From NCBI GenBank assembly GCA_900770685.1, contig CAAGLC010000120.1, forward strand, positions 1-53,793: a stretch of DNA of 53,793 nt, given 5' to 3'. This DNA comes from Clostridia bacterium (GTDB lineage: Bacteria > Bacillota > Clostridia > Christensenellales > Borkfalkiaceae). A program made the position numbers and the translations under genes. Of the stretch, positions 34,396-45,180 are shown in pieces; within the stretch, counting starts at the first letter, position 1; each line of letters opens with the position of its first letter. The notes beneath the pieces are model-generated. The model did not search any database and had not been told where the DNA came from. It saw only the letters and a list, made by a program, of their open reading frames with translations.

Positions 34396-35640
34396 TTACA
34401 TTCCCGTATCGCAGAAGATAAAATCGGCAAGCGAGATGTTTACCACGATATCTACGTTGTTATACACCGAATTAGTAACCTTTCTATCAACCGATATCGT
34501 AAAGGAATCGCCCTGTTTTAATTTAGTTCTCATTAAAGCAACGTACTTGTGGAAATTGTCAACCGTAACGTCGTAAGTTTCTCCACAAAAAGTAAGAGAA
34601 GTTACGATATCGCCTGCCTTAACCCCTGCAAGATAACAATTTCCTTTTTCGAACACTTGGTTAATATTAACGTATTTTTCTCCATGAGAATCGGAAACTT
34701 GGCCAACCATAATTCCAAGATTCCATCTTCCAGAAACGTAGCCGTAATTATTACTGGTTGCCGTCGCAATCAATTGTGACGCAATGCTAACGAATCCGTT
34801 TCCGTTTTCAAGTTCAACGGGAATTGCGAAATTTATCGCATCGTAATTGGTATTACCCGCATTAGTAATTCCTATCAATTCACCGTAAAGGTTATACAGT
34901 CCGCCCCCTGAGTTTCCGGGATTAGTGGTTACCGAAATTTGCATAAGCTGCATTTCGCCAACCTCTCCAACTATAACCTTTCTGTTAGGATAACTAACGA
35001 TGCCGTCTGCAACGCTACCAGGTAATTCGCCTGAAGGATTTCCTATAGCGAAAATGGCTTCGCCTCTTCTAATCTCATATCCCTCTGCGGGAATAATTGC
35101 CTTTTGCACTTTATCTATAGAAAGTTTTTTTCCGGAAACGGCTGGCATGTCTAAATTGATTTTTATAACGGCAATATCGGAAACGTTGTCTCCACCGACC
35201 AAAGTTACCGCAACGTTAGAATAAATTTGCTCGCCTATTTTACCCGTAAAAATATAGTCTTTGTTATCGTATAAAGCGTTTTCATCCGGCAAACTTATCG
35301 TTATATCTCCACCTTGCGAAATCACGTGATGGCAAGTAATAACGTATAAAAAGTTTCCTGAATTTTTTACGTCAACTATAACACCGCTTCCACTACCGGA
35401 CGAAGAAGAATTGGTAATATTGATCGCAACCGAAGTTTTTTCAACTTTCTCGACAGCGTCAACCAGCCTATATTCTTGTCTGTTTGCTTGCTCTATCGTA
35501 TTAAACTTAATATTTTGCGAGGCAATTATCGAATCGGTAAGTTCGGTTCTTGAATCATTTATAAAATCACAAGCCGAAACGGATAGACAAACGGCAAGCG
35601 TTAATAATAATATTAAGAATTTTTTTAATAAATTACGCAT
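34396..35640 (-). CDS. htrA: HtrA/DegP-like S1C serine protease lipoprotein with C-terminal PDZ-like domain
   Basis: Lipobox LSVSAC, catalytic TCHHV, D, and GNSGGGL. Confidence 0.8.
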   Translation of the reverse strand: MRNLLKKFLILLLTLAVCLSVSACDFINDSRTELTDSIIASQNIKFNTIEQANRQEYRLVDAVEKVEKTSVAINITNSSSSGSGSGVIVDVKNSGNFLYVITCHHVISQGGDITISLPDENALYDNKDYIFTGKIGEQIYSNVAVTLVGGDNVSDIAVIKINLDMPAVSGKKLSIDKVQKAIIPAEGYEIRRGEAIFAIGNPSGELPGSVADGIVSYPNRKVIVGEVGEMQLMQISVTTNPGNSGGGLYNLYGELIGITNAGNTNYDAINFAIPVELENGNGFVSIASQLIATATSNNYGYVSGRWNLGIMVGQVSDSHGEKYVNINQVFEKGNCYLAGVKAGDIVTSLTFCGETYDVTVDNFHKYVALMRTKLKQGDSFTISVDRKVTNSVYNNVDIVVNISLADFIFCDTGM

Positions 35641-35715
35641 TTTGTACCCACTCCCTTATCACTTAAATATATTTTACTATACTTTCAGTTAATAATCCAT
35701 AAAACGCAAAATTTA

Positions 35716-35745
35716 CAAAAAGGGCGATCTCTTCGCCCTTTTTTC
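35716..35745. terminator. Bidirectional rho-independent terminator
   Basis: Stem gggcga/tcgccc between A5 and T6. Confidence 0.7.
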
Positions 35746-35906
35746 TCCGCTCATATCAAGCGGAGAACTGTTGCTCTGCTAAATATAAACGGTTTATATT
35801 AACGGCAGATTGTTTTACTTGTTAATATTGTATTAATCAAACACTAAGTTAACTGCCGATACTTAAAGTATAGGCAAAAACTTTTTTATTATACCTTAAT
35901 GAAAGA

Positions 35907-36644
35907 TTATTCTTCGTCTTCTTCAGGCATATCAACGTTATGATATACGTTTTGAACGTCGTCAAGATCTTCAAGAGCGTCGATTAAACGCTTAAACTTA
36001 GCAAGTTCGTCCCCCTCTAAAGTAATTTTAGTTTGAGGAATCATTTTAATTTGCGCTTCGAAGAAATTTAATCCCTTGTCTTCTAAATATTTTCTAACCG
36101 AAGAAAACGCCGAAACGGAAGTGTTAACGATAAAAGCGTCGTCTTCTGCAAAAAAGTCGTCTGCGCCTGCGTCTAAAACCATTTCCATAACTTCATCTTC
36201 TGTAAGAGATGCAGTTCTTTCAATAACGATAACACCTGCAGTAGTAAAAGTAAAGGAAACGCAACCTGCGTTGCCGAGCGAACCACCGTGCTTTCTCATT
36301 GCAGTTCTAACGTAATCTACCGTACGGTTTTTGTTATCGGTAAGAGTTTTAATAATTACGGCACTTCCTTGAGGGCCGTATCCTTCGTAGGTCAATTCTT
36401 CATAGTTATCACCCGAAAGTTCACCTGCTGCCTTTGCAATACATCTTTTAATATTGTCGTTAGGCATGTTAACTGCTCTTGCTTTTGCAATAGCGTCTGC
36501 AAGTTTACTGTTGGTTGCAGGATCGGGATTACTCTTTGCAGCAACTGCAATTTCCCTACCCACTTTTGTAAATATTTTACCTTTAGCAGCGTCCGTCTTG
36601 GCTTTTTTAACGGCAATATTCGCCGCGTGGCTATGTCCTGACAT
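35907..36644 (-). CDS. yebC: YebC/PmpR-family DNA-binding transcriptional regulator
   Basis: MSGHSHAANIAVKKAKTDAAKGKIFTK is the canonical YebC N-terminus. 245 aa. Confidence 0.92.
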   Translation of the reverse strand: MSGHSHAANIAVKKAKTDAAKGKIFTKVGREIAVAAKSNPDPATNSKLADAIAKARAVNMPNDNIKRCIAKAAGELSGDNYEELTYEGYGPQGSAVIIKTLTDNKNRTVDYVRTAMRKHGGSLGNAGCVSFTFTTAGVIVIERTASLTEDEVMEMVLDAGADDFFAEDDAFIVNTSVSAFSSVRKYLEDKGLNFFEAQIKMIPQTKITLEGDELAKFKRLIDALEDLDDVQNVYHNVDMPEEDEE

Positions 36645-36655
36645 ATATTTCTCCT

Positions 36656-37393
36656 TTAATCGTTTTTACTAAGTTGATACATTAATATTCCTGCGCTAAC
36701 CGATGCGTTTAGGCTTTCCATTTGGTTTTGCATTGGAATTTTTACCGTATGTTTAGCAAGATTTTTTAGCCTTTCGCTAACGCCTCTAGCCTCGTTACCT
36801 ATAACTAAGCAAAACGCTTTTGGGAAAGAACTCTTAAAAACGTCTTCCCCACCCATATCGGCAACGATAATCGGTAAATTAATTTTACTAAGCAAATCTT
36901 CCCTACTTCCGACGTGAACACTCACGTGAAAAATTCCACTCATACTCGCCCTAACCGCTTTTTGAGAAAAACAATCGGCCGAATCACAAGCGTAAATATC
37001 TAAAAACCCAGAAGCCGCCGCCGTTCTTATAATCGCGCCTACGTTTGCAGGATCGCTAACCCCGTCTAAAAATAAGCACTTACCTCTAGGAGAACGCACT
37101 TCGTTTAACGGTTTTTTAACTAACGCTAATATCCCTTGTGGAGAAACTTCTCCCGATACGTACGAAAACACGACGTCCGACACTTCTTCAAAATTCAACA
37201 CGTCTAATTTATCCGAATATTTACAAACGAAAGACTCGCTAACGATAACGCGAAAGACTTCCTGACCTAAAGAGATTGCCTCTTTAACCATTTTATATCC
37301 TTCAACGACGTAAAGCCCGCTTTCATCTCTATTTTTCTTGTCGGAAAGTGATTTTATTAACTTAATTAAAGAATTTTGCTTAGATAAAATCAT
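36656..37393 (-). CDS. TrmH/SpoU-family RNA 2'-O-methyltransferase
   Basis: SPOUT motifs (DGVSDPANVGAIIRTA, LVIGNEARGV, LNASVSAGILMY). 245 aa. Confidence 0.85.
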   Translation of the reverse strand: MILSKQNSLIKLIKSLSDKKNRDESGLYVVEGYKMVKEAISLGQEVFRVIVSESFVCKYSDKLDVLNFEEVSDVVFSYVSGEVSPQGILALVKKPLNEVRSPRGKCLFLDGVSDPANVGAIIRTAAASGFLDIYACDSADCFSQKAVRASMSGIFHVSVHVGSREDLLSKINLPIIVADMGGEDVFKSSFPKAFCLVIGNEARGVSERLKNLAKHTVKIPMQNQMESLNASVSAGILMYQLSKND

Positions 37394-37437
37394 AGTATCT
37401 AAATAAAGCCTATCTTAAAAAAGGTAGGCTTTAAAAT

Positions 37438-37794
37438 TTACTTACTTTGTTTTGCTTTTGCAGTTTCGCAAAGAGTTGCGAAAGCCTTTTCGTCAGAAAC
37501 GGCGATTTCTGCTAAAACCTTACGGTTTAACTCAATACCTGCGTTCTTCAAGCCGAACATAAATTTGCTGTATGAAATTCCGTTCAAACGGCAAGCAGCG
37601 TTAATTCTGGCAATCCATAATTGTCTGAAATCGCGTTTTTTCGCCTTTCTTCCGAAATAAGCGTAAAGTTGCGCTTTCATAACGGCTTCTCTTGCTACTC
37701 TATATCTTTTACTTCTTCCGCCCCAATATCCTTTGGCGAGTTTTAAAATCTTTCTACGCTTTTTTACAGCGTTAACTCCTCTTTTAATACGCAT
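37438..37794 (-). CDS. rplT: 50S ribosomal protein L20
   Basis: [25 protein letters not shown], 118 aa. Confidence 0.97.
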   Translation of the reverse strand: MRIKRGVNAVKKRRKILKLAKGYWGGRSKRYRVAREAVMKAQLYAYFGRKAKKRDFRQLWIARINAACRLNGISYSKFMFGLKNAGIELNRKVLAEIAVSDEKAFATLCETAKAKQSK

Positions 37795-37812
37795 AATCTT
37801 TTTTCTCCTTGA

Positions 37813-38010
37813 CTATTTATTGTAAATAAGCGTTTTAACGGTTTTTGCTTGCGTTGCGTCAACGTATGCACCGTCACACAAATTGTTCTTTCTCTTTCTG
37901 TCTTTCTTAGTGAGAATATGGTTCTTTCCGGAACAAGATCTCTTAATCTTTCCGTTTGCGGTTACCTTGAATCTCTTCTTAGCCGCGCTTTTAGTTTTCA
38001 TTTTCGGCAT
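37813..38010 (-). CDS. rpmI: 50S ribosomal protein L35
   Basis: [17 protein letters not shown], 65 aa. Confidence 0.97.
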   Translation of the reverse strand: MPKMKTKSAAKKRFKVTANGKIKRSCSGKNHILTKKDRKRKNNLCDGAYVDATQAKTVKTLIYNK

Positions 38011-38037
38011 AATTTTACCCTCCGTTCGTTTTTTATT

Positions 38038-38550
38038 TTACGCTTTCAAAGGAGCAAGCATCATCCAAATGTTTCTGCCCTCTGTTTGCGGTTTCTTTTC
38101 CATTACGCCCTGTTCTTTAACAAGTTCAAAGAATTTTTCCATAACGCCTAATCCCAATTCCGAGTGCGCCATTTGACGACCTCTCATCCTGATAGACACT
38201 TTAACTTTGTTTCCTGCCGTTAAGAACTTTTGCGTTTGTTTCGCCTTTACGTTGAGATCGCCAACGTCTATGGTCATTGATAGCCAAACTTCTTTAATCT
38301 CAACTACTTTCTGATTTTTCTTTGCTTCTTTAGCCCTTTTGGTCTGTTCAAACATAAACTTTCCGTAGTTCATTATTTTACATACGGGTGGAACTGCAGA
38401 CGGCGATATCTTAACAAGGTCTAACCCCTTTTCTTCTGCCATCCTTAACGCTTCGTGTGACGAAACTATTCCAAGTTGAACTCCATCGTCCCCTATTAGG
38501 CGGACTTCTCTGTCACGAATTTCTTCGTTGATTTGATGCTCCTTTTTAAT
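38038..38550 (-). CDS. infC: Translation initiation factor IF-3, probable ATT start
   Basis: The listed ORF (from 38442) lacks the N-domain. The frame stays open upstream and encodes IKKEHQINEEIRDREVRLIGDDGVQLGIVSSHEALR from an ATT at 38550, preceded by GAGAGG. A non-AUG (AUU) start is the known autoregulatory feature of infC. Confidence 0.85.
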   Translation of the reverse strand: MKKEHQINEEIRDREVRLIGDDGVQLGIVSSHEALRMAEEKGLDLVKISPSAVPPVCKIMNYGKFMFEQTKRAKEAKKNQKVVEIKEVWLSMTIDVGDLNVKAKQTQKFLTAGNKVKVSIRMRGRQMAHSELGLGVMEKFFELVKEQGVMEKKPQTEGRNIWMMLAPLKA

Positions 38551-38735
38551 GGTCTTATACCTCTCAATAAAATTTTCCTTAAATAGAAAAAAGGAATACT
38601 AAAAAAATCAGGTTGCTTTAGATAAAAGCAACCTGCAATAATCAAAATAACACCGTTAAAGGCAATTTTTTACTTTTGATATTGAGCCGAACAAAAGATT
38701 TTCTGCCGGCGAGAAGGGTTACTTCTTCTTTAAGC
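38551..38735 (-). promoter_or_regulatory. infC-rpmI-rplT leader with attenuator (L20-leader-like)
   Basis: Promoter TTGACA, 17-nt spacer, TAATAT (38770-38742). A structured leader follows. The hairpin gcaggttgctt/aagcaacctg plus T7 (38601-38636) precedes infC. I recognised this by position and architecture, not by a covariance model. Confidence 0.5.
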
Positions 38736-38892
38736 CCTATTATATTACATCTTTTTTTATGCGTTGTCAAGCATTTTTAATAGTTTTTACACATTTTCCT
38801 GTTCCAAGATTTTTTTATTAATTTAATATACAAAACGCAACTTTTATGATATAATGTAACTTAAGAAATTTTTCAAATAGGAAATTCAACGT

Positions 38893-40155
38893 ATGATTTT
38901 ACATAAAATAGGCATAGGTAAACAAAAATTCAATATGAAGGAAAAGCCTTGGAAAACTCCTTGGTACATAGTAATATTGGTATGGATAATCTTGGCTTAC
39001 TACAAAGTGATTAGCCATTTTAAGATTAAAAAAATCGGTGTTAAAGGAACTAAAGGTCCGTATTTAATACTTCAAAACCACGCTTCGTTTATAGACTTTG
39101 GGTTCGTTACCGCGTTTTTATTCCCTAGAACGACTTCTTACGTTTGTTCAATTGAAGAATTCGTTGGAAAAGAGTGGTTACTTAGATCTCTCGGTTGTAT
39201 TTACAAACGAAAGTTCACTCCAGACGTTAACGTAGTTAAACATATTCTCTATTCGCTCCGTAATAATAATAAATCGGTAACCATTTACCCTGAGGCAAGA
39301 TTTGCTTTCGCAGGTATAAACGAAGAAGGAGATTTAGGCTCTTACGCAAGACTTATTAAAATGTGTAAAGTGCCGGTAGTTTTAGGAATTGGAAAAGGAA
39401 ACTTTATAATGAGTCCTCAGTTCGCTAAGCACCCGTACAAAAAATTACCCATTAGAGCAGATTTCAAACTCCTTTTCACCAAAGAACAAGTTAAAGACCT
39501 TACACAAGAGGAAATCGAAGCAGTTCTCAGAAAGGAATTCGTTTACGACGACTTTAGATATTGGCAAGAAACCGGCAAGAAAATTAAATCTAAATATAGA
39601 GCAAAAAATCTACACAAAGTTCTCTATCAATGCGCTCATTGTGGCAAAGAATTCACTATGAATTCAGAAGGCAATAGGCTTTTCTGCACCGAATGTGGAC
39701 ATCAATGGGAACTCACCGAGAACGGCTTCTTAAAAGCAATAGAGGGCGAAACTCATTTCGACCACGTTCCAGACTGGTATAGATGGGAACGTGAAAACGT
39801 TAGAAAACAAGTGGAAAACGGCGAATATTCGGTTAAGGCTAAGGCAAGATTAGAACATATCGTAAGTTCGGCTAAAGGATTTAAGGCGCTCGGCACGGTC
39901 GATTTTACTCACGACCAAAACGGATTTACTCTTAAAGGCGTTTTAGACGACGGAAGCGAATTCGAATTTAACCGTCCCGTTTCAAGTATGTATAGTTGCC
40001 ACATTGAGTTCGACTTCAAAAATAGAGGCGACGCTATCGACCTTGCAGACTCTGACAATACTTATTTCGTATTCCCTGACCTTTATAATCACTTAGTTAA
40101 AATTCATTTTGCAACCGAAGAACTTCATAAGTTCCAAGCAAAAAGCGATAAATAA
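38893..40155 (+). CDS. Lysophospholipid (PlsC-type) acyltransferase with C-terminal zinc-ribbon-containing extension
   Basis: HxxxxD motif NHASFID and YPEARF. CAHCG...CTECG zinc ribbon at about aa 248-270. 420 aa. Confidence 0.7.
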   Translation: MILHKIGIGKQKFNMKEKPWKTPWYIVILVWIILAYYKVISHFKIKKIGVKGTKGPYLILQNHASFIDFGFVTAFLFPRTTSYVCSIEEFVGKEWLLRSLGCIYKRKFTPDVNVVKHILYSLRNNNKSVTIYPEARFAFAGINEEGDLGSYARLIKMCKVPVVLGIGKGNFIMSPQFAKHPYKKLPIRADFKLLFTKEQVKDLTQEEIEAVLRKEFVYDDFRYWQETGKKIKSKYRAKNLHKVLYQCAHCGKEFTMNSEGNRLFCTECGHQWELTENGFLKAIEGETHFDHVPDWYRWERENVRKQVENGEYSVKAKARLEHIVSSAKGFKALGTVDFTHDQNGFTLKGVLDDGSEFEFNRPVSSMYSCHIEFDFKNRGDAIDLADSDNTYFVFPDLYNHLVKIHFATEELHKFQAKSDK

Positions 40156-40164
40156 AATTTGAAA

Positions 40165-40201
40165 ACAAAAAAAAGCGTGCTAACTAGCACGCTTTTTTTT
40201 A
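40165..40201. terminator. Bidirectional rho-independent terminator
   Basis: A8, stem agcgtgct/agcacgct, then T8. Confidence 0.85.
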
Positions 40202-40220
40202 TTTGCTTTTAAGGTTTTTA

Positions 40221-41867
<1,647 letters not shown>

Positions 41868-41886
41868 TTATATAGGCAATCTTAAA

Positions 41887-42171
41887 TTACTCAACGATTG
41901 CCAAAATGTCCGATTGGCGAATTATTATAAGTTCCTTTCCGTCTACCTTAAATTCGCTACCGGCATATTTAGAATAAAGCACGGTATCGCCAACCTTAAC
42001 TTGCATTTCAACTTCCTTTCCGTCGATAACGCCTCCAGGTCCTACCGCAACTATTTTTGCCATCTGTTGTTTTTCTTGTGATGCAGACGGGAGAATAAAT
42101 CCACTTCCCGTTCTCTCTTCTGTATTTACAGTCTCAACGACTACTTTATCAAATAATGGTTTAACTGTCAT
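41887..42171 (-). CDS. groS: Co-chaperonin GroES
   Basis: 94 aa. MTVKPLFDKVVV...GDTVLYSKYAG. Confidence 0.97.
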   Translation of the reverse strand: MTVKPLFDKVVVETVNTEERTGSGFILPSASQEKQQMAKIVAVGPGGVIDGKEVEMQVKVGDTVLYSKYAGSEFKVDGKELIIIRQSDILAIVE

Positions 42172-42193
42172 TTTTTTGCCTCCGTTTTTATTT

Positions 42194-42220
42194 TTAGCAC
42201 TCTTTAGGTAATAGTGCTAA
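42194..42220. promoter_or_regulatory. CIRCE element (HrcA operator)
   Basis: TTAGCACTC-N9-TAGTGCTAA compared with the consensus TTAGCACTC-N9-GAGTGCTAA. It lies just downstream of the groES promoter. Confidence 0.9.
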
Positions 42221-42225
42221 TTATT

Positions 42226-42253
42226 ATTATAGTCATTAAAATATTTTTGTCAA
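42226..42253 (-). promoter_or_regulatory. Sigma-A type promoter of groES-groEL
   Basis: Minus strand TTGACA, 16-nt spacer, TATAAT, immediately upstream of CIRCE. Confidence 0.6.
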
Positions 42254-42283
42254 TGGAATTATGGCTTTTTTACCAAATTAATT

Positions 42284-42317
42284 ATATAAAATTCCTCCGT
42301 CTATTTTGACGGAAGAA
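42284..42317 (-). terminator. Rho-independent terminator ending the HprK-like/PqqD/DUF1846 operon
   Basis: Stem ttcttccgtc/gacggaggaa (one mismatch) followed on the minus strand by ttttatat. Confidence 0.65.
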
Positions 42318-42330
42318 TCAAGAGTAAAAG

Positions 42331-42663
42331 TTATTTTTTGTTTATTTCAAACACCGATTTTTCTAAGTCTTCAATACTGCCGATATTAAGTTGGTCTTCC
42401 ACTTGAATCGGTTGGTTTACCGGTTCGGGTTGTTGATTAATCGGTTGGCTAAGTTGTTCGTTAGAAGTTTTCTGCTCGTCTAAAATTTTAGACGGTTTCT
42501 CCTCTTCGTAAGTGAGTTCTGCCTCCTCTCCGTCTTTAGTCGTTAAAATCAACGGCTCGCTTCTTTTATTGAAGATTTTAGCGTATCTTATCGCCATATA
42601 AAACAATAAAGCAAAAGCAAACAAGGCGTCGCACGCTAATAATATATTAAAGGTTAAATTCAT
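42331..42663 (-). CDS. Membrane-anchored acidic, Gln/Pro-rich protein, unknown function
   Basis: 110 aa. One N-terminal TM segment, then EEAELTYEEEKPS...QPINQQPEPVNQPIQVEDQ. SD-like AAGGGTAGG. It starts 27 nt after the DUF1846 stop. Confidence 0.5.
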   Translation of the reverse strand: MNLTFNILLACDALFAFALLFYMAIRYAKIFNKRSEPLILTTKDGEEAELTYEEEKPSKILDEQKTSNEQLSQPINQQPEPVNQPIQVEDQLNIGSIEDLEKSVFEINKK

Positions 42664-42690
42664 AATATACCTACCCTTTTCTATAATTGA

Positions 42691-44160
42691 TTAAACACTT
42701 GGCTTACGCTTAGGTTCGTACGTAACGCAAACACCTAAGTTCTTTAAGGTTTTCTTATCAACGTGAGAGATTATTACCGACGAGTGGAATTGCGAACCTT
42801 TAAGTTTAGGAAGTTGGTCTAAAGCGATTTTAGCCAAAGGATTAGTTACGGCGCTAATGGCTAAAAGTAAAAGTATTTCGTCGGTATGAAGCCTTGGGTT
42901 TTTGCTACCCATATGCTTTACTTTGAGTTCTTGCACCGGCTCTATTACTGATGAAGAAATTATATCGACGTCCTCAATATTTCCAAGTTCTTTTAGAGCG
43001 TTTAATAACACCGCCGCAGACGCTCCCATAAGATTACGCGTTTTTCCGCAGACTAATTTTCCGTTGGGAAGTTCTATCGCAGCCGACGGACCTCCCGTTT
43101 GCAATTCTTTATTCAACGCTTCTTTAACGACTTTCCTATCGTTAATAGATATATTCATTTTTTGCATTAATATATCTATCTTAGAAACCACTTCCTTAGG
43201 CACGTTACCTTTTATATAATCGATTTGCATATCGTAGTAACGGCGAATAATTTCCTGCTTGCTGGCTTCTCTAACGGCTTGGTCGTCCACTATGCAGTAT
43301 CCTGCCATATTAACGCCCATTTCGGTTGGAGATTTATACGGGCTTTTTCCCATAATCCTAGTCATCATTGCCGATAAAACTGGGAATATTTCAATATCTC
43401 TATTGTAGTTTACCGCCATTTCGCCAGTTGCTTCCATATGAAACGGGTCAATCATATTAAGGTCTGCTAAATCTGCCGTTGCAGCCTCGTACGCGGCGTT
43501 AACGGGGTGCGCTAACGGTAAATTCCAAACGGGGAATGTTTCGTATTTTGCGTATCCCGCTTTAACTCCCCTTTTGTTTTCGTGATATAGTTGCGACAAA
43601 CAAGTTGCCATTTTACCACTTCCGGGACCGGGCGCAGTTACTACTACTAACGGCTTAGTTGTAACGATATATTGATTTTTTCCGTACCCGTTTTCGCTTA
43701 CTATTTTTTCAACGTCAAAAGGATATCCCTCAATAGGATAATGACAATAAACGGTTATACCGGCAAGTTCAAGCCTTTTCTTAAAAGCAATTGCAGAGGG
43801 TTGTTCTGCAAAGCAATTAAGAACGACGCTACCAACGTAAAACTCCTTTGCCCTAAAGAGTTCTATCATACGGAACACTTCAACGTCGTAAGTTATACCG
43901 TAATCGCTTCTCGTTTTATTTTTTTCTATATCCGAAGCATTTATAACGATTAATATTTCAGCCTTATCCTTTAACTGCGAAAGCATCTTGATTTTACTAT
44001 CCGGCTCGAATCCCGGCAAAACTCTAGACGCGTGAAAATCGTCGAAAAGTTTGCCCCCGAACTCCAAATAAAGTTTATCGCCGAAGGTGTTGATTCTTTC
44101 CAAAATCTTTTCGGATTGCATCTCTAAATATTTTTCGTTATCAAAACCTATCTTTCCCAT
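42691..44160 (-). CDS. DUF1846 (UPF0371) family protein
   Basis: 489 aa. N-terminus GFDNEKYLEMQSEKILERI and FHASRVLPGF are typical of UPF0371. It contains a Walker-A-like APGPGSGKMAT. Confidence 0.75.
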   Translation of the reverse strand: MGKIGFDNEKYLEMQSEKILERINTFGDKLYLEFGGKLFDDFHASRVLPGFEPDSKIKMLSQLKDKAEILIVINASDIEKNKTRSDYGITYDVEVFRMIELFRAKEFYVGSVVLNCFAEQPSAIAFKKRLELAGITVYCHYPIEGYPFDVEKIVSENGYGKNQYIVTTKPLVVVTAPGPGSGKMATCLSQLYHENKRGVKAGYAKYETFPVWNLPLAHPVNAAYEAATADLADLNMIDPFHMEATGEMAVNYNRDIEIFPVLSAMMTRIMGKSPYKSPTEMGVNMAGYCIVDDQAVREASKQEIIRRYYDMQIDYIKGNVPKEVVSKIDILMQKMNISINDRKVVKEALNKELQTGGPSAAIELPNGKLVCGKTRNLMGASAAVLLNALKELGNIEDVDIISSSVIEPVQELKVKHMGSKNPRLHTDEILLLLAISAVTNPLAKIALDQLPKLKGSQFHSSVIISHVDKKTLKNLGVCVTYEPKRKPSV

Positions 44161-44169
44161 AATTAGCGA

Positions 44170-44433
44170 CTATTGTAAAAGTCTTGCCTCCTTAAGCTTT
44201 TGTAAAAATCCTAAAACGTCCCTTCTTGCGATTTGCTCGCTAACTTCATAATTTTTGGTCATTGCGCTCACCAACTCGTCTTCAGTTGCGCCGTTAGATA
44301 ATTCCTTCCATAAAAACGCGCCCGTTTCATTTAAGTTAATCATTGCGTTATATTCTTTAACCGCATCCCCCACGGCAACCACGAGATAAGTTCCAGCAAC
44401 TTCTCTAAGTATAAAATTCTCTTTAATCTTCAT
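44170..44433 (-). CDS. PqqD-family protein (RiPP recognition element-like peptide chaperone)
   Basis: 87 aa. LNETGAFLWKEL...ELVSAMTKNYEVSEQIARRDVLGFLQKLKEARLL is a typical PqqD/RRE pattern. GGAGAAAAAAT SD. It overlaps the upstream gene by 11 nt. Confidence 0.8.
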   Translation of the reverse strand: MKIKENFILREVAGTYLVVAVGDAVKEYNAMINLNETGAFLWKELSNGATEDELVSAMTKNYEVSEQIARRDVLGFLQKLKEARLLQ

Positions 44434-45145
44434 ATTTTTTCTCCGACATTACGCTATACGAAAGTTTTGCCGCGTCTAAGGAAATATTGCACTCCAACTC
44501 GTATAACCCTATGCTATCAAGCAATCCTTCTATAAGTTCAAAAACCTTACCGACTTCTTGTTCCTTTCTTGGACGCATAGTTTGATTTAAAATTTTAAGC
44601 AACATTTCTTGTTTAGAAATTTTCCTTATTCGATTAGTTTGTCCCCTTTTAATAAGACAAACGGCTTTAACTTTTGCTTTAGCGTTGGTATCTAAACGGT
44701 GTTTACCGTTCCAAGGCGTACCGTAAACGAAAAACTCTCCGTCCACTTTTCTTACGACCGGCTTATCGTCGTTAATCATTACGGCTCTGTCTTTAAAAAG
44801 TTCTCTCCATAAAGCCGTATGAGTTGATTTACCTGTTCCGCTAGGGGCAACGAACAAATACCCGTTCCCGTCAACTGCTATCGCGGAAGAGTGTATAATT
44901 AACGTATCTTTAGTGAGCGCGTAGGTTAAAAACTTTCTGTAAAGCGCAAGGCACTCGAAATGCCCGTTTGAATATTCGGGGTTAGAAGAATTTTTTCTCT
45001 CTTCTTCTATGTCTTCATTTTCAATAAAAAAACTGACTTCCGGCGCTTCTTCCCCGCTATATAGGTAGTTTTTACAAACTTCGCTAGTTATGGAATAATG
45101 AAAGGACGCGTCAAAAACGATATCTGCAATTTTATATTTTTGCAT
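44423..45145 (-). CDS. HPr-kinase-like P-loop protein (HprK C-terminal domain fold)
   Basis: 240 aa. IIHSSAIAVDGNGYLFVAPSGTGKSTHTALW resembles the HprK-related kinases found in RiPP and lasso-peptide loci. Confidence 0.7.
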   Translation of the reverse strand: MQKYKIADIVFDASFHYSITSEVCKNYLYSGEEAPEVSFFIENEDIEEERKNSSNPEYSNGHFECLALYRKFLTYALTKDTLIIHSSAIAVDGNGYLFVAPSGTGKSTHTALWRELFKDRAVMINDDKPVVRKVDGEFFVYGTPWNGKHRLDTNAKAKVKAVCLIKRGQTNRIRKISKQEMLLKILNQTMRPRKEQEVGKVFELIEGLLDSIGLYELECNISLDAAKLSYSVMSEKKYED

Positions 45146-45180
45146 ACTTTCACCCCATTTTACCCATTATATACCCTAAT

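Noticed and set aside
36288-36641. 117-aa + strand ORF, plus neighbours at 36076-36315, 36392-36616 and 36454-36672, inside the yebC locus
   Set aside because: They lie entirely antisense to or out of frame with a full-length, strongly recognisable YebC gene. They have low-complexity Cys/Phe/Ser-rich translations and no SD. These are shadow ORFs.
30822-40200. Similar terminator sequences AAAAAAAGCGTG...CACGCTTTTT at 30820-30853 and 40165-40201, considered as a dispersed repeat family
   Set aside because: Only the short GC clamp and the A/T tracts match, and the loops differ. This is explained by convergent terminator design rather than a repeat element.
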